Notes under the pieces: generated by a model
The model's input: the letters and a program-made list of their open reading frames with translations, nothing else
What the model was told of the DNA's origin: nothing
Databases searched by the model: none
Shown here: positions 1-10,964 of the stretch, in pieces
Numbering within the stretch: position 1 is the first letter of the stretch
Layout: the number at the start of each line of letters is the position of its first letter
From: an uncultured Gammaproteobacteria bacterium
GTDB taxonomy: Bacteria > Patescibacteriota > Microgenomatia > Levybacterales > UBA12049
NCBI GenBank assembly: GCA_964497535.1
Contig: CAZCCG010000001.1
Coordinates: 291,425-355,424 of the forward strand
Direction: 5' to 3'
Length of the DNA: 64,000 nucleotides
Program-made: the position numbers and the translations under genes

Positions 1-420
1 CACTTCTCGTTCCTCCATTGCCAAAACTATAATAATTTGTTTGGGGTTGAGTGTTTGTTTGGCCACGCTTTCTATAGAGAGCTTAAACTTATCAATATGT
101 TCTTTATAGTTGGGAAAAATAAGGACATGGTGAACTTTTGGGGAGTCCTTGAGGGTTTGAGCCTTTTCCAACCAATTGGTACGTTCACTCTCTTTTATCT
201 TTCCTGACGCAATGTAGGCTGTAATAACCAGAGAGAATGATTTATAGAGCCAATAGACATCAAAAAGAAGGATAAAATAGGCCATGATGGAAGGGATAAA
301 AAGCGTGCCCCAGATAGGAGAAAGAATCAACGTCCACGATACGAGACCGGGAATTAATTCCAAAAAACGTCTGGTTTTGACCGGATAACGGGTGAATAGT
401 ATATCAAAGAAGTGCGTCAT
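1..420 (-). CDS. Glycosyltransferase family 2-like membrane protein (3' end outside window)
   Basis: Manual translation from ATG at 420: MTHFFDILF...LELIPGLVSWTLILSPIWG (TM helices), then HHVLIFPNYKE...SVAKQT...IIIVLAMEERE, typical of a GT2 N-terminus; open to the window edge. Confidence 0.7.
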   Translation of the reverse strand, partial: MTHFFDILFTRYPVKTRRFLELIPGLVSWTLILSPIWGTLFIPSIMAYFILLFDVYWLYKSFSLVITAYIASGKIKESERTNWLEKAQTLKDSPKVHHVLIFPNYKEHIDKFKLSIESVAKQTLNPKQIIIVLAMEEREV

Positions 421-427
421 AACCTGT

Positions 428-1237
428 TTAGTTTAGAGAAAAAACCGCCTGAGCGTTTTTGGTGGTTTGCTCCTGCACTGTTTCAAAAGAAATACCTTTG
501 AGTTTTGCAAGAAATTCACCTATAAGTATAGCATATTTGGGTTCATTTCGGCTACCTCTATGGGGTATGGGAGTCAGGTATGGGCTATCCGTCTCAGTGA
601 CGATTCTATCCAGAGGAGTATAGGAAGCCAGATCAAAAAGTGACGTTTCTTCTCCTGGGGCAAGACCCTTATACGTGATATTGCCATCAAACCCTATATA
701 AAAGCCCATATCGAGCGCTAACTTCAAGATTTCCCTGCTTCCTGCAAAACAGTGGAACATGCCGGGTTTATCTTTTCTCAACAATTCTTTATTCGTTTTG
801 AGGATATCAAGTATTTGTTTTCCTGCATGTCTATTATGAATCTGAATAGGAAGGTGTAATGTATGTGCGAGTTCAAGTTGAGCTGTAAATATTTCTTGCT
901 GTGTTTTAGGATCAACAATACCGTTTGATTGGTAACGGTAATTATCAAGACCGATTTCTCCAATTGCTACTACTTTTTTGCTTGATCTGGCAATCCTCTC
1001 AAGTTCTTCTATCCATCCTTTGCCGAGTTCTACTTTATCCGCATGATGAGGATGGACCCCTACAATTGCATATAAGTTGTCATAATGCTCGGCAAGTTTT
1101 ACGGCTTTTTGGCTTGAATCCAGTTGAGTTCCGACATTAATTATAGTAGTAATACCTGCGGTAAAAGCTTGCTGTATAACAGTATCATAATCCTTTTCAA
1201 AAGCCTTGAAATTAAGATGACAATGGACATCTATCAT
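428..1237 (-). CDS. tatD: TatD family hydrolase/DNase
   Basis: IDVHCHL, GVHP, AIGEIGLD, IHNR, FHCF and ETDSPYL motifs; near metG. Confidence 0.95.
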   Translation of the reverse strand: MIDVHCHLNFKAFEKDYDTVIQQAFTAGITTIINVGTQLDSSQKAVKLAEHYDNLYAIVGVHPHHADKVELGKGWIEELERIARSSKKVVAIGEIGLDNYRYQSNGIVDPKTQQEIFTAQLELAHTLHLPIQIHNRHAGKQILDILKTNKELLRKDKPGMFHCFAGSREILKLALDMGFYIGFDGNITYKGLAPGEETSLFDLASYTPLDRIVTETDSPYLTPIPHRGSRNEPKYAILIGEFLAKLKGISFETVQEQTTKNAQAVFSLN

Positions 1238-1285
1238 AGGTAGTAGTATACAACAAAACTAAATCCAGAAGTGTTGAAGTGATTG

Positions 1286-1843
1286 TTATTTCTTTCTTTT
1301 TTTTCTCGAAGATTTTGAAGCGGTACCAAAATGTTTTCGTGTAGTAAGATGGTGGCTGGTTGCTTTGAGAGTAACACCGATATCAACTCCAATAAATCCA
1401 AGCAGTGCGGTTATCAGTCCGGTACTTACAATCTGCAACAATTTGCCTACAACATTTTGTTGTTCCGGGCAGGTCATTGCCGTCATCATACTGCTGGGGG
1501 TAAAAAGATTAACCGGTATGATTGTCAAGACAGCTCCAATAATAAATGAAACAAGGAGAATGATATAGTTATAATGATTTTGTCGTTGCCAAAAGTATTT
1601 CTGGATATGAATTCCATAGAAAAGGGCAAGTGTTGGAACCAGCACGACTAAAAAAGAGATAACTTCCAGACAGGGTGAGTTAATAGAGTAAAGAAAATGA
1701 TTAATAGCAAGATAAGCATAATCTCCCAAAATATACGTTAACAAAACTGCAGTAAAGAGAAAAATGATGCGTACCAGGCTTAAGAAAATCTCCAGAAGTA
1801 ATACCATATAGATACTGTAAACTACTCTTTGTTTGCCTGTCAA
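1286..1843 (-). CDS. Hypothetical multi-pass membrane protein
   Basis: 185-aa ORF with about 4-5 hydrophobic segments and a basic tail, co-oriented between metG and tatD; start uncertain. Confidence 0.6.
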   Translation of the reverse strand: MTGKQRVVYSIYMVLLLEIFLSLVRIIFLFTAVLLTYILGDYAYLAINHFLYSINSPCLEVISFLVVLVPTLALFYGIHIQKYFWQRQNHYNYIILLVSFIIGAVLTIIPVNLFTPSSMMTAMTCPEQQNVVGKLLQIVSTGLITALLGFIGVDIGVTLKATSHHLTTRKHFGTASKSSRKKRKK

Positions 1844-1852
1844 GAAGTTGGA

Positions 1853-3298
1853 TTATTGAATGCGGGGGAAGAGGGATGGTTGGCTTTTAATTTCCTTACT
1901 GCTGAATTGATCTTGAATTTTTTGAGCAGTTTGGGGTAAAAAGGGTTCCAAAAGCACTGCGATTTCCTGAATTTGATCGATTCCATGAGCCAGAACTTCT
2001 TTTAACCGGGGATTATTTGTTTTTATCAGTTCCCAGGGTTTTTCATCATTGATAAATTTATCCAAAGCGGAAATTTTCCGCCATACAAAAGCGAGTGCTT
2101 CGTTAAATTTAAACTCAGAAAAAGCCTGTGAATACTCCTCAATTTGTACCAGGTGGGTTCTATTTTTGGAAGAAGCTGTATTTTTTTGCTGCGCCAATTC
2201 ACAGAGTTTGGCAACACGAGATACAACATTTCCCAAGCCGTTGGCCAGGTCAGAATTATAGCTTTCTTTCAGTTTTTCCAGACTAAAATCTCCGTCGCTG
2301 AATGGGGAGACTTTCGCAAGACAATAGTATCGAATGGCGTCTGCGCCATATTGTTCAACCAAAGGAAGTGGATCTACAGCATTGCCTAACGATTTTGATA
2401 TCTTCTGGCCATTTACTGTCAAATACTCATGAACGAACAATTTTTTTGGTAGTTTTAATCCTGCAGAAAGAAGAATTGCCGGCCAATAAATTGCGTGGAA
2501 TCTGATGATCCCTTTTCCAATAACATGCACATCCGCAGGCCACCATTTCTGATACCGTTTTTCATCCCAGCCAAATCCAATGCCGCTTTGATAAATATTC
2601 AACGCATCAAACCATACATATATCCGTTGATTTGGGTCACCTGGTACCGGTACCCCCCAGTTTTTTGCTCGTTGGTTGCTTCGCGAGATACTGATATCCT
2701 GAAGCGGTTTTTTAAGAAACGACAGCATCTCATTTTTTCTATGTGCCGGTACTATTTCATATTCATTGGAGTTGAGAAGAGTTGTCAGTTGAGTCTGGTA
2801 TTTCGAAAGACGAAAAAAATAATTTTCTTCTTCTACTTCTTCCAGTTGTTTACCCGGATGTTCAAAACACTCTCCATTTTCATTTAATTCGTCCCTTGTA
2901 TAAAACTGTTCACAACCAACACAATAAAGACCTTTATAACTTTTTTTGTAAATATCTCCGGCTTTATCGCACAGTTCCCATAGTTTTTGTGATGAGACAT
3001 GATGGTTGGGAGTGCTTCCTTTTTGAAATACATCTAATCCTATGATAAGGGCTTTGGATAAATCCTCAAATGACTTCGCATTTTCATCTACAAATTCTTG
3101 AGCACTTTTTCCTGATTTTTCTGCTGCCTGGACATTTTTGAGGGCATTTTCATCGCTTCCACACAGAAAACATACCTGCTCTCCCTGCAATGTATGAAAT
3201 CGCGCAATAGTATCTGCCTGAATAATCTCAGTAGCCCATCCGATATGGGGTTTGGCATTTACATATGGAATTGCGCTTGTTATATAGAATTTGTTCAT
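1853..3298 (-). CDS. metG: Methionine--tRNA ligase (short form)
   Basis: AIPYVNAKPHIG, CVGCE zinc knuckle, YVWFDAL, KISKSLGN. Confidence 0.97.
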   Translation of the reverse strand: MNKFYITSAIPYVNAKPHIGWATEIIQADTIARFHTLQGEQVCFLCGSDENALKNVQAAEKSGKSAQEFVDENAKSFEDLSKALIIGLDVFQKGSTPNHHVSSQKLWELCDKAGDIYKKSYKGLYCVGCEQFYTRDELNENGECFEHPGKQLEEVEEENYFFRLSKYQTQLTTLLNSNEYEIVPAHRKNEMLSFLKKPLQDISISRSNQRAKNWGVPVPGDPNQRIYVWFDALNIYQSGIGFGWDEKRYQKWWPADVHVIGKGIIRFHAIYWPAILLSAGLKLPKKLFVHEYLTVNGQKISKSLGNAVDPLPLVEQYGADAIRYYCLAKVSPFSDGDFSLEKLKESYNSDLANGLGNVVSRVAKLCELAQQKNTASSKNRTHLVQIEEYSQAFSEFKFNEALAFVWRKISALDKFINDEKPWELIKTNNPRLKEVLAHGIDQIQEIAVLLEPFLPQTAQKIQDQFSSKEIKSQPSLFPRIQ

Positions 3299-3336
3299 GA
3301 ACGGATTGTAACAGAGCTAAGAATGCGAGGCAAGCA

Positions 3337-3672
3337 TCACCGTTTATAGTGGAATAATATTTCAAGGGATATAAAAATGGCCAGAAGCAGAATAAGAAAT
3401 AATGGTTGGGTGAGGTGGAAATAGCGGAGCAAAAAATATGCACATGCCAAGCATGCCAAAAGAAATGCATGGATACTGTCTCTGGTAAAAAGATATACGC
3501 CGGTAAAGGCAAGTGCGGTAATCAATACAAAGAATACAATAATCGGTGAGAAAGAGATTGAAGAGAAATGAATGGTAGATACAGGAGAATAGGTTGCAAG
3601 AAGCACGATGAATGCAATCAGAAAAATAACAAAGAATAAAAATGCTATAAATGGTTTTTTGGTACGTCTCAT
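3337..3672 (-). CDS. Small 4-TM hypothetical membrane protein
   Basis: Very hydrophobic ORF; start moved to ATG 3672 because a TTGTCA-17-TATGCT promoter ends 7 nt upstream of it. Confidence 0.65.
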   Translation of the reverse strand: MRRTKKPFIAFLFFVIFLIAFIVLLATYSPVSTIHFSSISFSPIIVFFVLITALAFTGVYLFTRDSIHAFLLACLACAYFLLRYFHLTQPLFLILLLAIFISLEILFHYKR

Positions 3673-3701
3673 ATTCACTAGCATAGAGAAAAATAAGGGA
3701 C

Positions 3702-3730
3702 TTGACAACATTTGGCAGTCATGTTATGAT
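3702..3730 (+). promoter_or_regulatory. Sigma-70 promoter of the hrcA-grpE-dnaK operon
   Basis: TTGACA (3702-3707), 17 nt, TGn-TATGAT (3725-3730). Confidence 0.85.
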
Positions 3731-3738
3731 TCTGCTAA
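3712..3738. promoter_or_regulatory. Degenerate CIRCE element (HrcA operator)
   Basis: TTGGCAGTC-N9-TTCTGCTAA vs consensus TTAGCACTC-N9-GAGTGCTAA; overlaps the -10 directly upstream of hrcA. Confidence 0.75.
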
Positions 3739-3771
3739 TCTACCCTGGTATTATAACTAAATCTTACTACT

Positions 3772-4503
3772 ATGAATGATTTAACACAGCGACAAATACA
3801 GATTTTAAAAAGTCTCATTGAAGAATATATTGACACGGCTGATGCTGTTGGCTCCGAGACACTTGAGAAAAAACACAACCTAAGTGCATCTCCCGCGACA
3901 ATTCGTAATGAAATGGTTCGGCTTACCGAACTTGGGTATGTCAAAAAAACCCACACCTCTGCAGGTCGTGTACCAACTCCCCAAGGGATGAAATTTTATG
4001 TCTCACAGTTGATGAAAGAAAAAGAGATGTCAGTAGCAGAGGAAGTAACCTTGAAGGAAAAATTATGGGATTATCGGGAACATGAGCAGAGATTTATGAG
4101 AGAACTTGCTCGGTCTCTTGCAAATTCGACAAAAGCGTTAGCAGTAGTGACAACCGGTAGTGGTGAAGTATATGCCTCCGGCTATGCAAATATTCTGGAT
4201 ATGCCTGAATTTTATGATATCGATGTAACCAAAAGTTTATTATCAGCAGTTGATGAATTTGATTTGATTCATACATTATGTACCCGAGGAATTCCTGATG
4301 AAGAAGTACATGTTTTAATCGGCGAAGAGTTAAGTCCCCAATTGGAAGGTCCCTACGGCTTTGTATATACTCGCTACAATACAGCACTCAATAGAGAAGG
4401 CCAAGTTGGAGTTTTGGGACCAAGTCGATTGAACTATATGGCTATAGTTCCAACCGTTCGATATTTCGGAGACCTTATAGAAGATATTGCAAAAGGCTGG
4501 TAA
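3772..4503 (+). CDS. hrcA: Heat-inducible transcription repressor HrcA (short form)
   Basis: VGS...SPATIRNEM, HTSAGRVPT, GVLGPSRLNY; heads grpE-dnaK. Confidence 0.93.
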   Translation: MNDLTQRQIQILKSLIEEYIDTADAVGSETLEKKHNLSASPATIRNEMVRLTELGYVKKTHTSAGRVPTPQGMKFYVSQLMKEKEMSVAEEVTLKEKLWDYREHEQRFMRELARSLANSTKALAVVTTGSGEVYASGYANILDMPEFYDIDVTKSLLSAVDEFDLIHTLCTRGIPDEEVHVLIGEELSPQLEGPYGFVYTRYNTALNREGQVGVLGPSRLNYMAIVPTVRYFGDLIEDIAKGW

Positions 4504-4530
4504 TACCAATAGTAAATATATAGTGAAGAT

Positions 4531-5034
4531 ATGGGAGATCATAAAAGTAAGAAATCGGATCCAAATGAAGTAGATGAAATTGAAGAAGTAGATAGTTTGG
4601 AGCAACAAGAAGATGAGGGTGAAAAACTGTTACTGCAACTTGCAGAATGTGAAACAAAATATAAAAGAGCACTTGCTGATTATCAGAATCTTGAAAAACG
4701 AGTACAAAGCGAACGCCGGGAATGGATACGATCATCAAATAGAGATCTGATTCTGCGATTATTACCGGTACTTGATACCCTGGAATTAGCACAAAAACAT
4801 TCACAGGATCAGACATTGAAAGTTACTTATCACCAATTTTTGGATCTTCTAAAACAGGAAGGAGTGCAGAAAATCCAAACAGAAGGAAAGGAATTTAACC
4901 CACATAGCATGGAATGCATCGCAACAGAAAATGGTGAAGAAGGAAAAGTACTTGAAGAATTACGTCCAGGGTATATAATGAATGAGGTAGTTTTAAGACC
5001 GGCACACGTATTAGTTGGAAAAAAGAAAGAATAA
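4531..5034 (+). CDS. grpE: Nucleotide exchange factor GrpE
   Basis: [23 protein letters not shown]...VLRPA. Confidence 0.95.
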   Translation: MGDHKSKKSDPNEVDEIEEVDSLEQQEDEGEKLLLQLAECETKYKRALADYQNLEKRVQSERREWIRSSNRDLILRLLPVLDTLELAQKHSQDQTLKVTYHQFLDLLKQEGVQKIQTEGKEFNPHSMECIATENGEEGKVLEELRPGYIMNEVVLRPAHVLVGKKKE

Positions 5035-5038
5035 CAGT

Positions 5039-6931
5039 ATGGCAAAAATTATAGGAATTGATTTAGGGACAACAAACTCATGTGTAGCTGTTATGGAGGG
5101 AGGATCTCCCAAAGTAATCCATTCGGCAGAAGGAAGAAATGTAATTCCTTCTGTTGTTGATCCTGTTACGCATGTTGTTGGAGATGTTGCAAAGAGACAA
5201 CTGGTTCTCAAACCCAAAGAAACAATTTTTTCGGTAAAACGATTAATGGGACGCAAATTCCATGATGAATCTGTTCAACGTGATATAAAGTGGCTTCCCT
5301 ATACCGTAAAAGCAGGCCGTGATGATATGGCCATTGTGGAAGTAAATGGAAAAACATACACTCCTCAAGAAATCTCCGCAATGATTCTGCAAAAAATAAA
5401 AGCAGATGCCGAGAGCTATTTGGGTCAAAAAGTAACCCAGGCGGTTATTACCGTTCCCGCATATTTTGATGATTCACAAAGACAAGCAACCAAGCAGGCA
5501 GGGGAAATCGCCGGTTTGGAGGTAATGCGAATTATCAATGAGCCGACGGCAGCAGCACTCGCCTATGGACTGGAAAAGAAAAATGCCCATACCGTAGCAG
5601 TGTACGATTTAGGTGGAGGTACATTTGATATCTCAATTTTAGAATTGGGTGATGGAGTATATGAAGTAAAATCCACCAATGGAGATACACATTTGGGTGG
5701 AGATGATTTTGACCAAGCAATTGTTAATTATCTTGCAGATGAGTTTAAAAAGGACCATGGAATAGATCTGCGTAAAGATTCTCAAGCACTTCAACGATTG
5801 CGTGAATCGGCTGAAAAAGCAAAAATAGAACTTTCCACATCAGCTGAAGCACAAATTAACCAGCCGTTTATCACTCAAGGAAAAGACGGGCCACTCCATT
5901 TGACCATGACGTTAACCCGCTCCAAACTTGAGCAATTGGTAGATAATTTAGTCCAAAGTACGATAAAACCGGTAGAACTGGCATTAAAAGATGCCAAAAT
6001 TAAAGCATCCGACATCGATGAGATTGTTTTGGTTGGTGGGATGACACGCATGCCAAAGATTGTTGAGACGGTAACAAAATTCTTCGGGAAAGAACCGAAT
6101 AAATCAGTGAATCCGGATGAAGTTGTTGCAATTGGAGCAGCAGTTCAAGGTGGGGTATTAGGTGGCGAAGTAAAAGATGTATTGTTATTGGATGTTACGC
6201 CTTTAACATTGGGACTTGAAACTTTGGGTGGGGTATCTACTCCTCTGATTACGAGAAATACTACTATTCCTACTTCAAAATCCCAAGTATTTTCTACAGC
6301 AGCAGATAACCAGACACAAGTTGAGATTAATGTTTTACAAGGAGAACGACCACTCGCACAAGATAATAAATCACTGGGGAGATTTATTCTGGATGGTATT
6401 CCTCCCGCTCCTCGTGGGGTACCTCAAGTAGAAGTTACATTTGATATTGATGCGTCAGGAATCTTAAGTGTAAAAGCCAAAGATAAGGCAAGCGGGAAAG
6501 AACAAAGTATTAAGATTACCGGATCTACCGGTCTTTCAAAAGAAGAAGTAGAAAAAATGCAAAAAGATGCCGAGGCTCATGCAAAGGAAGACCAGGAGAA
6601 AAAGGAACAGATTGAAGCAAAAAATGCGGCAGATTCACTAATATTTACCGCAGAAAAAAGTCTGAAAGATGCTGGAGATAAAGTAAGCGAAGAGCTTAAA
6701 AAAGAAGTTCAAGAAAAAATTGAAGCATTAAAGGCAATTCTGGATACCGGTACCAAAGAGGAATTGGAAGCAAAAACAAAAGAGCTGTCAGATTCTTTAC
6801 AAAAGGTAGGCCAAGCGATGTATCAAGAAGGACAACAGCCGCCACACGAGCCTCAACAAGAAGAAATAGAAAAAGAAGAAAAAGATGGAAAAAAGCCTGA
6901 TGAACCCGTTGAAGGAGAAGTAGTAGAATAA
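5039..6931 (+). CDS. dnaK: Chaperone DnaK
   Basis: [25 protein letters not shown]; start ATG 5039. Confidence 0.99.
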   Translation: MAKIIGIDLGTTNSCVAVMEGGSPKVIHSAEGRNVIPSVVDPVTHVVGDVAKRQLVLKPKETIFSVKRLMGRKFHDESVQRDIKWLPYTVKAGRDDMAIVEVNGKTYTPQEISAMILQKIKADAESYLGQKVTQAVITVPAYFDDSQRQATKQAGEIAGLEVMRIINEPTAAALAYGLEKKNAHTVAVYDLGGGTFDISILELGDGVYEVKSTNGDTHLGGDDFDQAIVNYLADEFKKDHGIDLRKDSQALQRLRESAEKAKIELSTSAEAQINQPFITQGKDGPLHLTMTLTRSKLEQLVDNLVQSTIKPVELALKDAKIKASDIDEIVLVGGMTRMPKIVETVTKFFGKEPNKSVNPDEVVAIGAAVQGGVLGGEVKDVLLLDVTPLTLGLETLGGVSTPLITRNTTIPTSKSQVFSTAADNQTQVEINVLQGERPLAQDNKSLGRFILDGIPPAPRGVPQVEVTFDIDASGILSVKAKDKASGKEQSIKITGSTGLSKEEVEKMQKDAEAHAKEDQEKKEQIEAKNAADSLIFTAEKSLKDAGDKVSEELKKEVQEKIEALKAILDTGTKEELEAKTKELSDSLQKVGQAMYQEGQQPPHEPQQEEIEKEEKDGKKPDEPVEGEVVE

Positions 6932-7046
6932 GAATTCCTAATTTCTAATATCTAATTTCTAAATAATTTCAAAATCCTAATAATCTATGGTTAAAATTTT
7001 GATATTGGGATTTGTTTAGGATTAATGCTAGGACTTAGGATTTTTT
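6932..7046. repeat. 7-nt-periodic imperfect inverted repeat (element A)
   Basis: Left arm aattcct aatttct aatatct aatttct; right arm ...taggatt...taggact taggatt, complementary with G:U. Confidence 0.7.
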
Positions 7047-7063
7047 AGTATAATAGGAGACAT

Positions 7064-7981
7064 ATGGCAGAGAAAGATTATTACGAAGTATTGGGTGTTG
7101 TAAAAACTGCAACTGCGGATGAGATAAAAAAGGCCTATCGTAAATTGGCGCTTGAGTATCATCCTGATCGCAATAAATCAAAAGAAGCAGAAACAAAATT
7201 CAAAGAGATAACCCGTGCTTATGAAGTATTGTCTGATCCGCAGAAAAAGCAGACATACGATCAATTTGGTGCGGCTGCATTTGAGCAAGGAGCAGGGCAA
7301 GGACCTTTTGGTGGTGCGGGGGGGCCATTTGGAGGCTTTGGTGGTGCTTCCCCAGGGCAACAAGGGGGACAGTATGGACCATTTACCTATAGTTATAGCT
7401 CCAATGGAGGTAATTTTGACTTTGGGGGGTTTTCAGACCCATTTGAGATTTTTGAGCAGTTCTTTGGGGGAGCATCACCCTTTGGTCAACAAGGCCGTCA
7501 AAGAAGATCGGTATACTCGCTTACTATTGATTTCATGGATGCGGTAAAAGGCGCGGAAAAGAAAGTTACTATTGGGCAGAAGGCACAAACCATCAAAATT
7601 CCGGCAGGCGTGGATGATGGATCCCGCATTCGATTCAAAGATTACGATATTGTTGTAGATGTACGTCCTGATCCACGCTTTCGGCGTGAAGGATCGGATG
7701 TAGTTACTACCAAAGACATCTCTTTTACTCAAGCGGCCCTAGGTTCAATGATTGATGTAGAAACGATTGAAGGAATAGTAAAAGTACGTGTTCCTGCCGG
7801 TACTCAGCCCGATACCGTCATACGATTACGGGGGAAAGGTATACCTTTGGTAAGAGGTTCAGGCAAAGGTGATCATTATGTCCGTATTAAAGTTACTGTC
7901 CCCAAAAATGTAACTTCCCGGCAAAAAGAATTATTGGAAGAATTTGAGAAAGAATCTTCAAAGAAAAAAGGGTGGTTTTGA
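7064..7981 (+). CDS. dnaJ: DnaJ-class chaperone lacking the Zn finger (class B)
   Basis: J domain with HPD, G/F-rich linker, C-terminal domain; no CxxCxGxG repeats. Confidence 0.9.
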   Translation: MAEKDYYEVLGVVKTATADEIKKAYRKLALEYHPDRNKSKEAETKFKEITRAYEVLSDPQKKQTYDQFGAAAFEQGAGQGPFGGAGGPFGGFGGASPGQQGGQYGPFTYSYSSNGGNFDFGGFSDPFEIFEQFFGGASPFGQQGRQRRSVYSLTIDFMDAVKGAEKKVTIGQKAQTIKIPAGVDDGSRIRFKDYDIVVDVRPDPRFRREGSDVVTTKDISFTQAALGSMIDVETIEGIVKVRVPAGTQPDTVIRLRGKGIPLVRGSGKGDHYVRIKVTVPKNVTSRQKELLEEFEKESSKKKGWF

Positions 7982-7991
7982 GCGTTTTTTA

Positions 7992-8021
7992 TTGACAGCT
8001 TATATCTTTCTGAGGTATTCT
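7992..8021 (+). promoter_or_regulatory. Sigma-70 promoter of the pilin gene (likely leaderless)
   Basis: TTGACA-18-TATTCT, then 7 nt to ATG 8029. Confidence 0.6.
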
Positions 8022-8028
8022 AAAACTA

Positions 8029-8418
8029 ATGCGCAAATATATCTTGTCCTTTTTGTGGGTAATTATAAGTCTCGTTTTTTTTAGCTTCATAGCTCCTCAT
8101 TCCGTATATGCACAATGTGCAAATCCTGAGGATGAAATCAATATTGGTATTACTACGCTTTGTTCTGGAGAGAGTGCTGATCCTGCTTCAGCAGTTTCCC
8201 AAATTTACGGATTTGGATTGTCAATTATTGGAGGAGTTGCGGTTCTTTTGATTATTTATGGAGGATATGTGATCTTGACTTCCTCTGGAAATCCTGCACA
8301 ATTGAATAAGGGAAAAAGCTATATTTTCTATGCTATTATCGGGTTACTGTTAGCAGTTTTTGGATATGTATTTCTCGATTTTATAGCCCGGGGTGTATTG
8401 CACATTCCTGGCTTTTGA
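8029..8418 (+). CDS. CPR-type TrbC/VirB2-like pilin
   Basis: Signal peptide (VYA/Q), Cys pair, then IGGVAVLLIIYGGYVILTSSGNP...KGKSYIFYAIIGLLL two-helix signature. Confidence 0.85.
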   Translation: MRKYILSFLWVIISLVFFSFIAPHSVYAQCANPEDEINIGITTLCSGESADPASAVSQIYGFGLSIIGGVAVLLIIYGGYVILTSSGNPAQLNKGKSYIFYAIIGLLLAVFGYVFLDFIARGVLHIPGF

Positions 8419-8444
8419 TAATTTATTTATAATTATATTAAACT

Positions 8445-10928
8445 ATGAAACGCTTCCTGCCTGCGTTCTTATTATTATTTGTTCTACTCTTCATTGGATT
8501 TTCGTTTTCTGTTCCTCGTTCATATGCTCAAGCAGTAGCAACTATCACTCCTCCGGCACCCACTGACGCTGTGGATCCTTCACTAACTGCTAATACATGG
8601 AAAGAGGATGATGAAGTAACCTTTGTCGGTAAAGTTGCGGCTCGAGCTGATGCGTTCCTCAACTGGGCGCTGCAATATTATAAATGGGCATATGTTCCAA
8701 GTGGGGCACAGGATACGCTTCAGAGTTTTTGGGTCACTATTCGAAATATTGTATATTTATTTTTATTGCTGGTTATCCTCATTACGGCATTTGTTCTCAT
8801 GGTAACCCGGGGTAGAAGTATTACCATCATGAGATTTATTCCTCGATTTATTGCCGTTATATTGTTAATTTTCTTCTCCTACGCAATCGTTCAGTTTTTG
8901 TATGGTATGGGTGATCTTGTTCAGGATTGGTTTTTACGCAATTCTGATCATAAAATTATTCAGTCAAGCGATTTGTTATATTTAGGCTTCAAATATGATG
9001 AATTTACCGGATTTCGTAAAATTGGATTGGATAATGATGAATCCGCTTTCGTTTCTCTTCTGTTAGTTAAATTAACAGCGGCTACCTATTATGTGATGAC
9101 GGGAATCTTAATTCTTCGAAAAATAATATTGTGGTTTTTTATTATTTTATCTCCTGTTTTTCCTATTCTTTTGTTATATGCGCCGCTTCGAAATACCGGT
9201 AAGATTTGGGTGGGAGAATTTTTCCGGTGGTTATTGTATGCTCCTCTTTTTTCAATTTTTCTTTCAGGACTTGTTGCTATGTGGAGTTCGGGAAGTCAAA
9301 CGATTTCAGGAATCCCATTGGAGTTTAAGAACCTAGGACAAGCGGGGGTTGAAGCCAATATTCTTTATCCCACAGCTATTAACATTGTATTAGGTGGCCC
9401 GGGACAGATCGTGAACCAATACAATAGCGTTAATTTACCCGATACGTTTGCATTGTATGTTGTCGCATTATTGATGCTATGGGTAGTCATTCTTCTGCCA
9501 TTTTTACTTCTTCAGATTTTTCTTGATTATTTCCATAGTGTTTCCTTTAGTGACAATACCTACTTAAAACAACTTATTGCAAATGGCTCATCGTTTATTA
9601 ACAAAAATCCTGCACCGGCGCCCCAGGGGCCTCCCCCTGTTTCACCTCAGTCAACTGGTATGGCCAAAGTTTTGCCATTTGCTAATAAAATTTCTATTCC
9701 CAATGTCCGACCACAGGCTGAGACATTTCGTCCGGCAGGAGAGGCTCGGAGTTTGCCATTTGCTCGTCCGCAACAAAGACAATTACCGAAAGAAGAAGTA
9801 CGGCAGATATCACAACTTACCTCTCTTCCGGTACCCACAATGCAAGACATTGCCCGATATGAAACAGCTGCACTATCGAGCAATATAACGCGTCATGAAG
9901 AAGTTTCCAGAGTTCATGAGACATTGGAAAAGATTGCTAATCCTTCAGTTATCACCAACAATACCGAAAAGGAACGGTTCAACCTCGTGCGGGAAAAACT
10001 GGTTCAACAAAGTCAACAAGGCAATCCTCTTGCAGCTTCAATACTTTCGGCAGTAACCAATGTCGTTACTACCAATAAATCATCAGTTCAAACGGTGCCC
10101 CTTACTGCTACTCAAGTAACTCAAAATGTACAAAAAGGGCTTGAAAAGATTGCAAATCCTGTTGCCACAACAAACCCTGTTGAGCGCAAACAATTTACTC
10201 AGCTGAAAGAGCACTTGATTCAAGAAAGTGAGAAAGGAAACCAATTGGCAACATCAGTATTGGCAACCACAACTACTATTACAAATGAATCTCATAAAAC
10301 TGATACAACCGAAGTAGTAAGAGTGAGACAACAGTTGGAAACCGCCAAGCAAAAAGGTGATCCACTTGCAACTTCTATTCTTGAAACCTTTAATACACAA
10401 CAAAAACCGGCTCAACAAGCAGGAGCCCGTGGTGGTCCATCGGTAGTATTACCTTCTGTTAATCGTGTCCAGCATGTAAGCCTGGATGATTATGAGGCAG
10501 TACGAAAAATGTGGAAAGAAAATTATCAAAATATGGATGTGCCTCCAGCCGATGGAAATGATCGAAAAACGTGGTTACAAGGTGATATTACAAAAATGAA
10601 TCGAATTATAAATCTATTAGTCTCATCTAATCCGCAAAGTGCTGAAGAAGCAATGAGAGAAGTATCAAATATTTTGCCGTTCCTTCTCATTGGAGGCTTC
10701 TCCCAAGAAGAAATTATTGCTTATTTGAAGGCAAAAGAAGAAGCTGCAAAAGAAGTACTTTCAGATTTAGATAAGAAAGAGGAAGAGGAAGATACCATGG
10801 TTGCCGCAGATACAAAAACGAAAGAGGCAGAAAAATCAATGCAAGCACAAGAAAGTTTGCCGGAAAATCCTGTATTTAAAGAAGAAAAAAAAGAGGATAT
10901 ACCAAAGACTGAAGAAACAAGTCATTGA
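8445..10928 (+). CDS. Large VirB6/TrbL-like polytopic membrane protein with repeat-containing cytoplasmic tail
   Basis: Signal peptide; WVTIRNIVY...PRFIAVILLIFFS and LRKIILWFFIILSP...W...F TM pattern; follows the pilin. Confidence 0.6.
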   Translation: MKRFLPAFLLLFVLLFIGFSFSVPRSYAQAVATITPPAPTDAVDPSLTANTWKEDDEVTFVGKVAARADAFLNWALQYYKWAYVPSGAQDTLQSFWVTIRNIVYLFLLLVILITAFVLMVTRGRSITIMRFIPRFIAVILLIFFSYAIVQFLYGMGDLVQDWFLRNSDHKIIQSSDLLYLGFKYDEFTGFRKIGLDNDESAFVSLLLVKLTAATYYVMTGILILRKIILWFFIILSPVFPILLLYAPLRNTGKIWVGEFFRWLLYAPLFSIFLSGLVAMWSSGSQTISGIPLEFKNLGQAGVEANILYPTAINIVLGGPGQIVNQYNSVNLPDTFALYVVALLMLWVVILLPFLLLQIFLDYFHSVSFSDNTYLKQLIANGSSFINKNPAPAPQGPPPVSPQSTGMAKVLPFANKISIPNVRPQAETFRPAGEARSLPFARPQQRQLPKEEVRQISQLTSLPVPTMQDIARYETAALSSNITRHEEVSRVHETLEKIANPSVITNNTEKERFNLVREKLVQQSQQGNPLAASILSAVTNVVTTNKSSVQTVPLTATQVTQNVQKGLEKIANPVATTNPVERKQFTQLKEHLIQESEKGNQLATSVLATTTTITNESHKTDTTEVVRVRQQLETAKQKGDPLATSILETFNTQQKPAQQAGARGGPSVVLPSVNRVQHVSLDDYEAVRKMWKENYQNMDVPPADGNDRKTWLQGDITKMNRIINLLVSSNPQSAEEAMREVSNILPFLLIGGFSQEEIIAYLKAKEEAAKEVLSDLDKKEEEEDTMVAADTKTKEAEKSMQAQESLPENPVFKEEKKEDIPKTEETSH

Positions 10929-10964
10929 CAAGCCAATCAAAACTAAGCACAATAGATATAGAAT

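Noticed and set aside
3226-3260. MetRS HIGW (and KISKS) instead of HIGH/KMSKS
   Set aside because: Within the normal variation of class I signatures; the gene is otherwise intact
6932-7046. Possible CRISPR array
   Set aside because: Units are 7 nt and degenerate, with no spacers and no cas genes
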